IMG/VR virus record: IMGVR_UViG_3300033075_001920
Origin: a virus
Lineage: Duplodnaviria > Heunggongvirae > Uroviricota > Caudoviricetes
Direction: 5' to 3' (one strand)
DNA length: 64,000 nucleotides
Part shown: positions 56,423 through 64,000 of the stretch, in pieces
Numbering within the stretch: position 1 is the first letter of the stretch
Layout: each line of letters starts with the position of its first letter
The notes under the pieces: model-generated
The model's input: only the letters and a program-made list of their open reading frames with translations
Databases searched by the model: none
What the model was told of the DNA's origin: nothing
Position numbers and translations under genes: made by a program

Positions 56423-56730
56423 TTAAAGCTCAGGTAATGCACTTCCGCAAACCAAAGGGGCAGAATAGCCCAATTTGGCAGAAGTCCGGCTTTAAGGTAT
56501 TTCTATTAACCATCAACCCTGATTACATAGGAAGTCAGGCAATACTTGCAGTAAAGGCTATTGAAGATGTTTTAGAAGATGCAGGCAATCCAAACACTAA
56601 GTTTGTCTACCACGAGCATGAATTCCTTACACATGAAAGCCATTTCTTAAATCCTGATCTGTTTGAAAAACACTTTCAGGAGCGCTTTAAAGCTTATCGC
56701 GAAAAAAAGACACAATCACAAATCAGCTAA
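56392..56730 (+). CDS. hypothetical protein (112 aa)
   Basis: ORF. Confidence 0.4.
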   Translation: MEQEIQPNVLIKAQVMHFRKPKGQNSPIWQKSGFKVFLLTINPDYIGSQAILAVKAIEDVLEDAGNPNTKFVYHEHEFLTHESHFLNPDLFEKHFQERFKAYREKKTQSQIS

Positions 56731-57420
56731 ATGAATACCAACGATCAACTACGCCTGTTTGGCGAACCAACAACACCGGCCACTGATACAAGAGTACAAA
56801 AGATTGATATCAGCGTATTATCAGCTCATGACATGCTGGGTATGCTGCTTAAAAAGCTAAAACAACCAGGCAGTGTTGATGCGCCTTTGGATGCAATTTT
56901 ACAAGCAGCTCAGGATATGTTGGACTTTGTGCCCAAAGAGCCGGCTCCGGTTACTTTAAGGGATGCCAGAGAAGAAGTCTTTTCTATGCGCACTCAGGGC
57001 ATCAAATGTCCTTGCTGCGATCAGTTTGCCAAGGTATACCGGCGCAATTTGAATTCAAGTATGGCTTCCGGGTTAATCCGTTTTTATATGGCCACTCAGG
57101 ATATCAATAAATTTCATCATGTGCCTACAGTGTTTACCAGAATGAAGATGAACTTTATGAATACCGAATTTTCAAAACTTAGGTACTGGGGACTGGTTGA
57201 GGAGCAGACAAGTGATGATGTTCAGGAAAAGAAAACTTCCGGATACTGGAGAGTTACCGAGAAAGGCCGCGATTTTGCCTTGGCTATGATTACGGTACCT
57301 AAATACATTTACCTTTACGATTCTCAGATTTGTGAAAACTTTTCAGACCCTACCCAGATTGATATCAATCAAGCTTTGGGCTCGAGATTCAACTATCAGG
57401 AATTAATGAGGGCAATTTAA
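56731..57420 (+). CDS. hypothetical protein (229 aa)
   Basis: ORF; CPCCDQ motif. Confidence 0.45.
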   Translation: MNTNDQLRLFGEPTTPATDTRVQKIDISVLSAHDMLGMLLKKLKQPGSVDAPLDAILQAAQDMLDFVPKEPAPVTLRDAREEVFSMRTQGIKCPCCDQFAKVYRRNLNSSMASGLIRFYMATQDINKFHHVPTVFTRMKMNFMNTEFSKLRYWGLVEEQTSDDVQEKKTSGYWRVTEKGRDFALAMITVPKYIYLYDSQICENFSDPTQIDINQALGSRFNYQELMRAI

Positions 57421-57423
57421 TCT

Positions 57424-58350
57424 ATGACAGAAACCAAGCCAATAGCGCTCACAGTTGTATCGTTCGGTGCCGGTCAGGACACAATCTATTTTGTGCACAG
57501 ACTTTTAAACGACCAGACTTTCTACGATAGACACGTAAAGGGCGATCTTGTTATTGTTGGCTCGGATACCGGCAATGAGCACCCGCATACTTACCAAGCC
57601 ATTCATCATATAAAAGAATTATGCAATGGCCGGTTTGGATTTTTCTGGCTTACTCCTGACATGGGCTTTCATCCTATTACCTGGCAGAGCCTTACATATC
57701 AATATAAATTGAACAGCAGATGCGGCTCAGCTGCATTTCCTCAGACCTGCACAGACAATTTAAAGGTCAAAGTGGTAGATAATTTTGTCGAATGGTATAT
57801 TGGCAGGATGTATCTAAACATTGAACTTCCTCAATTTGTTAACCGCAAATATGTAGGTAGTAATAAGAAAAACTACCATCAATTCTATGAGAATCATGGT
57901 AAGATAAGGCTTATTTTAGGCTTTGCCGATCAAGAGGAGAGCCGGACAAAGAACGGTAATAAGTTTGATCCTGTTTGGAAAAAAAAGGTAATAGAAAGAT
58001 ATTATCCTCTTATTGAAGACAAAACAGACCGTCAGCAGGCTATTGATTACAATGAAGCCAATATTGAAATGAAAATATTCCCGAGCAATTGTATGATTTG
58101 TTTCTATTCATCCGATCAGGAAATACTTTGGCTTTACCGGAACTATCCACAGGTATTCTATGAGTGGGTGGATATCGAAAAGAAAAAGCTCGAAAAAAGT
58201 GCTGACAAAGAAAAGAATTATGGGGTATATGGGAAAATTACCCTGCAGCAGAAATTAGAAAAGGCTGAGAAACTTTATGGGCATTGGTCCGACGATCAGC
58301 TCACTGAATATAAATACTCCCACGGACATTGTATAAAATCAAGATATTGA
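57424..58350 (+). CDS. PAPS-reductase-family (PP-loop ATP pyrophosphatase fold) protein, CysH-like variant
   Basis: VVSFGAGQDTIYFVHRLL and VIVGSDTGNEHPHTY resemble CysH SFG... and DTG.EFPET motifs. Confidence 0.55.
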   Translation: MTETKPIALTVVSFGAGQDTIYFVHRLLNDQTFYDRHVKGDLVIVGSDTGNEHPHTYQAIHHIKELCNGRFGFFWLTPDMGFHPITWQSLTYQYKLNSRCGSAAFPQTCTDNLKVKVVDNFVEWYIGRMYLNIELPQFVNRKYVGSNKKNYHQFYENHGKIRLILGFADQEESRTKNGNKFDPVWKKKVIERYYPLIEDKTDRQQAIDYNEANIEMKIFPSNCMICFYSSDQEILWLYRNYPQVFYEWVDIEKKKLEKSADKEKNYGVYGKITLQQKLEKAEKLYGHWSDDQLTEYKYSHGHCIKSRY

Positions 58351-58841
58351 ATATGATAAAAATTTTACCGGAACAACAGATGCAGGTATACGCCAGATAT
58401 TGGGGCTGTAAATATTTACTTACAATAAATATTGAAGGCAATCCGGTTGTTCAAACTTTAAGAAGTAGATTCATGTTAGATTTAGAACCTGATTTAGAAA
58501 ACAGACGAGATCTTATTTTAGTCAGAAAAATCGAAAATATAACAGATGAGCATGTATGGGATCTTCTAGCATTGCTTCATGAAAATGAAGAAACAAAAAG
58601 AAAAGACGAAGCTTTGCATTATGGAATAAAATCAGCAATTATTAATGGCTTTCCTAATGCGTGGAAATGGAATTACTGGTCAGCGGTCAAAATCTATACA
58701 TTTCTTATTTCAAAAGGCTACAATATGCCAACATTTATTGGATTTAACGACGTCAAAAGCACTCCGCTGGATTTAGGGATGGCTATTGATGTAGATGAAT
58801 TAAATAAAACTCTTCACCCTCAATACAGAATAACATTATGA
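58329..58841 (+). CDS. hypothetical protein (170 aa)
   Basis: ORF. Confidence 0.45.
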   Translation: MYKIKILNMIKILPEQQMQVYARYWGCKYLLTINIEGNPVVQTLRSRFMLDLEPDLENRRDLILVRKIENITDEHVWDLLALLHENEETKRKDEALHYGIKSAIINGFPNAWKWNYWSAVKIYTFLISKGYNMPTFIGFNDVKSTPLDLGMAIDVDELNKTLHPQYRITL

Positions 58842-59188
58842 ACTTGGAAGAATTTAATGAAAAACTAAAAAAGCTGATTGAAGAATCCGGTGAGGGGTTT
58901 ACTTTTGGCTTTATAATCTCCTGTATACAGGGCTTACCTGGTAGAGATGCAAAGGGAAATAAGGCAGAGCAGATTCTGCTGTTCAATATCAGACATTCAG
59001 AGCTTTACTATAGTTTACGCAACATAATGGACAATAACGATCAGATGGCTAAGGTAATTTTGGATGTAGCCTTAGGCTATATGGCTGAAAAGAATATCGA
59101 GCCGGTCCTTCCTAATAATAATGGGGAGGGTGAAATTGGCTTGCCGATTATGATGATGCCGGGAAAGAAGGATAAATATGTTAATTAG
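58838..59188 (+). CDS. hypothetical protein (116 aa)
   Basis: ORF. Confidence 0.4.
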   Translation: MNLEEFNEKLKKLIEESGEGFTFGFIISCIQGLPGRDAKGNKAEQILLFNIRHSELYYSLRNIMDNNDQMAKVILDVALGYMAEKNIEPVLPNNNGEGEIGLPIMMMPGKKDKYVN

Positions 59189-59196
59189 CAATAATT

Positions 59197-59460
59197 ATGG
59201 CAAAAACATTTAATAAAGAACAAACCGGCAATACTCAGGCACAACCAGATATCATTCATATTGTCGATTATAAGGGGCAAAAGGAAACAAATATCATATG
59301 GGATAGAACCAGGGATGTTGTATACAATGGAGACCAATTACAAATGAATACATATTCATGTTCAAGTTGTGAAAAAGTTTACTATTTCGAACAAATAAAA
59401 CATAGTTTCTGTCCTTTTTGTGGCATAAAATTCAAATACGAAACCGATGTTTCAGTATAA
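59197..59460 (+). CDS. small zinc-ribbon protein
   Basis: CSSCEK...CPFCG. Confidence 0.4.
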   Translation: MAKTFNKEQTGNTQAQPDIIHIVDYKGQKETNIIWDRTRDVVYNGDQLQMNTYSCSSCEKVYYFEQIKHSFCPFCGIKFKYETDVSV

Positions 59461-59508
59461 AATCGATAACTAAATAATTCAAATCAAAAATAAAAAATCA
59501 AATTAATC

Positions 59509-60342
59509 ATGAACAATACCACAACAATCGCAATCATTATCATTGTCTGTCTTCTTATTATCATTTATTGGAAGAAGATAGTAATCAAAATTCTGTCTTT
59601 CTACACAGCGACAGCCATCACTTTGCACACCGCAAAACTCAATGCAAAGAAAGAAAAAAAACCGATTCCTACGCTTACACCTCTTGACCATTTTGCTAAC
59701 CATGCACCGGCTTGTCCGCACTGGTTTGAACCAAAAATGGCAAGAAAGAGTCCAATTATACGCAAGCATCCCAATATGGGCTCCATTGGTCCAGTTACTC
59801 TCCCCAGCGGTGAAATATTGTCGGAAGATGAGGCTCGCAAATATTTAGATGTTCATTATTCCGAAGATGGTGAATGGATCCAAAATCCAGAAGTGGTAAA
59901 TTTGGATTTATGGGGGAAGTACATTACTCTACCGGAAGGATTTAAGGAGTACATTGACAATTATGTTGCCGAATGGGATAAGGAATGTAAGGCTCATCAG
60001 AAATGGTCAAACGATTATGAACTTCAAAGGAATGTCCAGTGGAGATATTATTTTGCCTCTGCAATGGAAGTTCAATCAAAGAAACAGACTACCCAAAATG
60101 ATTGGTTAATCTTACTTGGGGCATTCTCTTCTCTTTTATCAACCATATCTGCAAAAGACGTAATTGAAAAGTATACTAAGAAAGCCGAATCACATGAATC
60201 TCCAATTGAAGAAAATGAAAAAGCCGAATCAAACGCCAAGCTCGAACCATTACCAGATGAAGTTACTGAGCCTGAAAATACTCTATCCCCTACAGATCAG
60301 AAGCCGGAAGGTATAGACGATAAGGCTTTGGAAAATCAATAG
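59509..60342 (+). CDS. N-terminally anchored protein with acidic C-terminus
   Basis: TM TTIAIIIIVCLLIIIYW. Confidence 0.45.
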   Translation: MNNTTTIAIIIIVCLLIIIYWKKIVIKILSFYTATAITLHTAKLNAKKEKKPIPTLTPLDHFANHAPACPHWFEPKMARKSPIIRKHPNMGSIGPVTLPSGEILSEDEARKYLDVHYSEDGEWIQNPEVVNLDLWGKYITLPEGFKEYIDNYVAEWDKECKAHQKWSNDYELQRNVQWRYYFASAMEVQSKKQTTQNDWLILLGAFSSLLSTISAKDVIEKYTKKAESHESPIEENEKAESNAKLEPLPDEVTEPENTLSPTDQKPEGIDDKALENQ

Positions 60343-60377
60343 GAAAATTTGACGTTACAAACTATATAAAAAGTATC

Positions 60378-60719
60378 ATGACTGATCACGAATACCTCGT
60401 AAAGAGCACCATTTTCCGGATATACAACCCAACCACAGTTTTTGTTAAATATGGTCGCGGAATCTGCGATTGTAAAGGCTTTATCATATTGGAAGGAAAG
60501 CATAGGCTATATCTTGATATAAATGGCGGGGAATGGGTGGATATTGAAGAAGTTAAATTAATATTAAGGTCTGGCAGATTTACAAATACGATAGAAACCC
60601 ATTGGAATCTGATTAATCAGGGATATTCAATTCCTGTGAGTGTTCCGGGTGAAAATGGGGCAATCCAGATGGTAAACCCTATTGATATTCCTGATTTAGT
60701 AGTTTTAAAAACAGAATGA
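60378..60719 (+). CDS. hypothetical protein (113 aa)
   Basis: ORF. Confidence 0.4.
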   Translation: MTDHEYLVKSTIFRIYNPTTVFVKYGRGICDCKGFIILEGKHRLYLDINGGEWVDIEEVKLILRSGRFTNTIETHWNLINQGYSIPVSVPGENGAIQMVNPIDIPDLVVLKTE

Positions 60720-61348
60720 ATCGAAATTATCAATTTAAAGTAGGTCAAAAGGTCAAGATGCTGGATGAAAGCATATTGGAAGAATGGTGGATGCATGGAG
60801 AAGTTGAAGGTATTTGTTCTGATGCTGTTTTCATCCTTTTTGAAGGGGAAACTGAGTCAACCAGGGTAGAGCCAGCCAACTTCAATTTGATCAGGTTCTT
60901 AAATTGTATTACAATAGGCAAAATAGGTATGTCTACTTATTACCAACCATTTGGATTTGTGGCAAGTTCTGATGTTACTATTCTAAAACCTAACTTTCAA
61001 ATGAGTGTTTATACTGCAATGTTTATAGTATCAATATTGAGTATGGATAAATATAAATGGAGTTATGGACGACAAATACGATTAAATGATTCACAAAAAT
61101 TGTCTGTGATGTTTCCTGTAAATTCTGATGGAGAACCAGATTGGAATTTTATGGACTATTACATAAAAAGTCTACCATATAGTAAAAATTTAGATTCTAT
61201 AAAGCATATTAGTAACGCTCCATTGTCTGATGAACAACTTGTTTCAAAATATGAATCAGGGGGAATTGAATTAGCTACCGCGATGGAACCTATGTTACAA
61301 ACACCAAGCAATTCATCAACACTAAAAAAATCAAAGAAAAAGACCTAA
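60716..61348 (+). CDS. hypothetical protein (210 aa) upstream of MTase
   Basis: ORF with ATGA overlap; no clear nuclease motif. Confidence 0.45.
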   Translation: MNRNYQFKVGQKVKMLDESILEEWWMHGEVEGICSDAVFILFEGETESTRVEPANFNLIRFLNCITIGKIGMSTYYQPFGFVASSDVTILKPNFQMSVYTAMFIVSILSMDKYKWSYGRQIRLNDSQKLSVMFPVNSDGEPDWNFMDYYIKSLPYSKNLDSIKHISNAPLSDEQLVSKYESGGIELATAMEPMLQTPSNSSTLKKSKKKT

Positions 61349-61398
61349 AATTTAGGTTTATTTGGTACACTAAACTATATAATTGCCTAAATAAAAAT

Positions 61399-62217
61399 AT
61401 GATTATACATGGATATTCTGAAAAAGAATTACTAAAGATAGCTGATAGTAGTATTGATTTAATAATAACATCACCACCATACGCGGATCGTCGAAAAAAA
61501 ACATATGGTGGTATATCAGAGGATGAATATGTAGAATGGTTTAAGCCTATTGCTATTCAAATAAAAAGAATTTTAAAACCCTCAGGTAGTTTTTTTTTAA
61601 ATATAAAGCCACACACCAACAATGGAGAGCGAAGTTTATATGTCTTTGATTTAATACTCATGCTCACCAGGGAATTAAAATTTAGATTTTGCGATGAATT
61701 TTGTTGGACAAAATTGGGCGTTCCAGGTAGATTTAAAGGGCGTTTCAAAAATGCCTTTGAACCTATATATCATTTTACATTAGAATCTGGATATAAACAC
61801 AATCCATATAGTGTTGCTGAAAAAGCAAAAGAGACTTCAATAAAAAGATATAAAAGAAAAGCATGCGGGGAAAGTAAAAATGGTAGCGGCTTTGCTGGTA
61901 TGCGAAAAGAAATTACTAGCCATCTTGCACTACCCAGCAATCATTTACATATTCCACAAAAATCTAATCAATATACCATTGAAAAAAAACATTCAGCGGT
62001 TTTTCCAGTTGCACTATCTAGTTTTTTTATAAAAGCCTTTAGTGATGAAGGTGATACAATTTTAGATTGTTTCGGAGGAAGTGGAACGGTTGCTATATCG
62101 TGTATTGAAACAAATCGAAACTATATTATAATTGAAAAAGAGAAGGCGAATGTAAAATTGATTAACAAGCGAATAAAAATGAAAATTGGGTTGGATAAAA
62201 ATAATAACGATATTTGA
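61399..62217 (+). CDS. N4-cytosine or N6-adenine DNA methyltransferase (beta-class)
   Basis: DLIITSPPY (motif IV SPPY) near N-terminus; ILDCFGGSGT (motif I) near C-terminus. Confidence 0.75.
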   Translation: MIIHGYSEKELLKIADSSIDLIITSPPYADRRKKTYGGISEDEYVEWFKPIAIQIKRILKPSGSFFLNIKPHTNNGERSLYVFDLILMLTRELKFRFCDEFCWTKLGVPGRFKGRFKNAFEPIYHFTLESGYKHNPYSVAEKAKETSIKRYKRKACGESKNGSGFAGMRKEITSHLALPSNHLHIPQKSNQYTIEKKHSAVFPVALSSFFIKAFSDEGDTILDCFGGSGTVAISCIETNRNYIIIEKEKANVKLINKRIKMKIGLDKNNNDI

Positions 62218-62224
62218 ATTATAC

Positions 62225-62880
62225 ATGAACTTACTCGAATTATTCGCTGGTAGCCGATCTATTGGTAAGATTGCGGAAAAACACAATATAAATGTTTTCA
62301 GTTCGGATATTGAACCATTTACTGATATTGATTATGTTGTAAATATTCTTAATTTTGATTGCTCCAAAGTGCCATTTATTCCCGATATAATATGGGCATC
62401 CCCCCCCTGCACTTTCTTCTCTGTGGCATCAATTGGGCGGCATTGGCACATCAATAATACCCCGAAGACAGAAAACGCTGTCTTGGGCGTTAAAATCGTT
62501 CAGAAGACAAGAGATATTATTGAATACTTTTTAAAATTGAATCCTGATCTTATTTGGTTTATGGAAAATCCGCTTGGCAAATTAAGAAAATTACCGGTTG
62601 TGGAAGGTTTGCCTCGGGCGACAATTACTTATTGCAGCTATGGAGATACCCGCATGAAACCAACGGATATTTGGTCCAACCATATTTAATTTATGATTCA
62701 AAGTTCAGATTGAATGGATGGAAGCCAATTGAAAGGTGCCTGCCATCAACTCAAACATGTCATCATGAAAAGGCGACTAGGGGAAGCAAGACTGGAACGC
62801 AAGGTCTGAAAGGATCATATCTTCGAAGTAAAATACCAGAAAAATTGTGTGAGGCAATTATTTCGTCTACATTGGCATGA
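62225..62880 (+). pseudogene. small C5-cytosine MTase-like gene with -1 frameshift near 62687
   Basis: ELFAGSRS (motif I-like), IIWASPPCTFFSVAS (PC motif IV), LIWFMENPLGKL (motif VI-like), GDTRMKPTDIW (motif VIII-like) in the first frame, which ends at TAA 62689; the only continuation is in the -1 frame (track ORF 62554-62880), which has no start codon after 62689. Confidence 0.5.
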
Positions 62881-62899
62881 CTATTGGACATAATAATGT

Positions 62900-63865
62900 A
62901 TGACTGGAATGGAGTCTTATGATAAATACATTGTTGCCTTCTCTGGTGGCAAGGATTCAACGGTATGTTTCTTACATCTGCTGGATCTCGGAATTCCAAA
63001 AGAAAAGATTGAATTATGGCACTGTCTGATTGATGGTAAAGGACCGGTCTATATGGATTGGGAAGTTACCGAGGACTATTGCAGAAAATTTGCGGAAGCT
63101 TTCGGGGTTAAAATTTACTTTGCATGGAAGGAAGGTGGTTTCAAAAAGGAAATGTACAGAGAAAATGCTCTGACAGCTCCAACCACATTTGAAATTCCGG
63201 AAGGCGGAACTAAGACTATTGGAGGCGTCCGTGGCAAACTCACCACAAGGCGTAAATTTCCGCAGGTAAGCCCCGATCTGAATGTGAGATGGTGTAGTGC
63301 CTATCTGAAAATAGATGTGTGCTCTGCTGCCATCAGAAATCAGTCAAGGTTTGACGGATTAAAGACAATTGTGATATCCGGTGAGCGCGGGGAAGAATCT
63401 GCTGCCCGTGCAAAATATGCTGAATTTGAAGTGGATAGGGCGGATGGAAGAAATGGCAGAGGAAAGCGGCACGTCGATCGCGGCAGGTTGATAAAGGATT
63501 GGACCGAGGCTCAGGTATGGGATATCATATCAAAATACAAAGTTGTGGTGCATCCATGTTACTATATGGGATGGTCAAGGTGCAGTTGTAAGTTCTGCAT
63601 CTTTGGCAATGCTGACCAATTTAAATCAGCCTACACGGTTTCTCCGACTCAGGGGGAACTGCTTATATCAGCCGAGGAAGAATTCGGTGTCACAATGAAG
63701 CGGAAAGGTTCTATAAGGGATTTGGTGAGTGCTGGCAATGATTACCCGGGCATATCATCAAGCACAATCGAACTAGCCACCAATCACATCTATACCGGCC
63801 AGATATTTACTCAGCAATGGAATCTTCCAATGGGAGCATTCGGAAATGGATGTGGACCATCTTGA
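62900..63865 (+). CDS. PAPS-reductase-family PP-loop protein with C-terminal Cys cluster
   Basis: IVAFSGGKDSTVCFLHLL PP-loop; C-terminal CYYMGWSRCSCKFC. Confidence 0.65.
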   Translation: MTGMESYDKYIVAFSGGKDSTVCFLHLLDLGIPKEKIELWHCLIDGKGPVYMDWEVTEDYCRKFAEAFGVKIYFAWKEGGFKKEMYRENALTAPTTFEIPEGGTKTIGGVRGKLTTRRKFPQVSPDLNVRWCSAYLKIDVCSAAIRNQSRFDGLKTIVISGERGEESAARAKYAEFEVDRADGRNGRGKRHVDRGRLIKDWTEAQVWDIISKYKVVVHPCYYMGWSRCSCKFCIFGNADQFKSAYTVSPTQGELLISAEEEFGVTMKRKGSIRDLVSAGNDYPGISSSTIELATNHIYTGQIFTQQWNLPMGAFGNGCGPS

Positions 63866-63893
63866 TTTGAAATCTCGAAAAGTTTCTGGACCG

Positions 63894-63919
63894 GCCGCCT
63901 GATGAGGGCGGTTTTTTTA
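63894..63919 (+). terminator. rho-independent terminator
   Basis: ggccgcc-tgatgag-gggcgg followed by T7, 30 nt after stop. Confidence 0.65.
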
Positions 63920-64000
63920 TGCCGGGATGAAATGGTTTCCCGGCATTCAAAGTGTCCGTCAGGCAGCGAAGAAGTGAGAGAGCATCGCGCGCACGCCCTG

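Noticed and set aside
1-64000. Alternative genetic code (TGA or TAG reassignment), prompted by the TGATGA inside the MTase
   Set aside because: Over 100 long ORFs, including ones of 1182 and 690 aa, are intact under the standard code with normal stop usage; the in-frame stops are confined to the MTase genes.
1-64000. CRISPR array, integrase, reverse transcriptase/DGR, toxin-antitoxin pair
   Set aside because: No regularly spaced short repeats. No R..H..R..Y recombinase signature or serine recombinase motif. No YxDD RT motif seen in any frame I inspected.

Overview
This is a 64-kb, AT-rich (roughly 39% GC) segment of a virus or prophage of a Bacteroidetes-type host. Candidate -7 promoter boxes of the form TAnnTTTG sit 20-60 nt upstream of several genes, and there are no Shine-Dalgarno sequences. 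I did not compute GC content.

Bases 1-29600 form one long plus-strand late block. Many genes overlap by 1 or 4 nt (ATGA or TAATG junctions).
- It opens with a lysis cassette: a coiled-coil tail-anchored protein, a GH19-like endolysin, and multi-TM holin candidates.
- After a strong terminator there is a restart promoter, then about 45 genes.
- These include two P-loop NTPases, one of them directly upstream of a highly expressed virion protein that has its own promoter and terminator.
- There are about 20 small single-TM proteins, an SLT-like transglycosylase, a protein with a peptidoglycan-binding domain, an HExxH metallopeptidase-like protein and a permuted-papain (YiiX/C92-like) amidase.
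- There are two sets of spike-like proteins that share N-terminal modules, and a 1182-aa giant protein.
- I see no large terminase, portal, tape measure or obvious HK97-type capsid. I therefore hypothesise a membrane-containing, tailless, PRD1/PM2-like virion architecture. This is unproven.

Bases 29600-63900 are an early/accessory region, mostly on the minus strand.
- It carries at least five DNA methyltransferases: gamma- and beta-class N6A/N4 enzymes, plus two C5-MTases that are both disrupted.
- One C5-MTase has an in-frame TGATGA inserted inside catalytic motif IV plus two frameshifts.
- It also carries a TylF-like O-methyltransferase, two PAPS-reductase-family PP-loop paralogs, a DUF5131 (Gp37/Gp68) protein, an SPFH/band-7 protein with an NfeD-like partner, an XRE HTH regulator, and a lipoprotein plus beta-barrel OMP pair.
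- A second lysis pair is present: an SGNH hydrolase and a DUF3380-like muramidase.

I found no tRNA, rRNA, CRISPR array, integrase or reverse transcriptase. The last ~110 nt are GC-rich and compositionally foreign. All functional calls are motif-based by eye and no database search was run.
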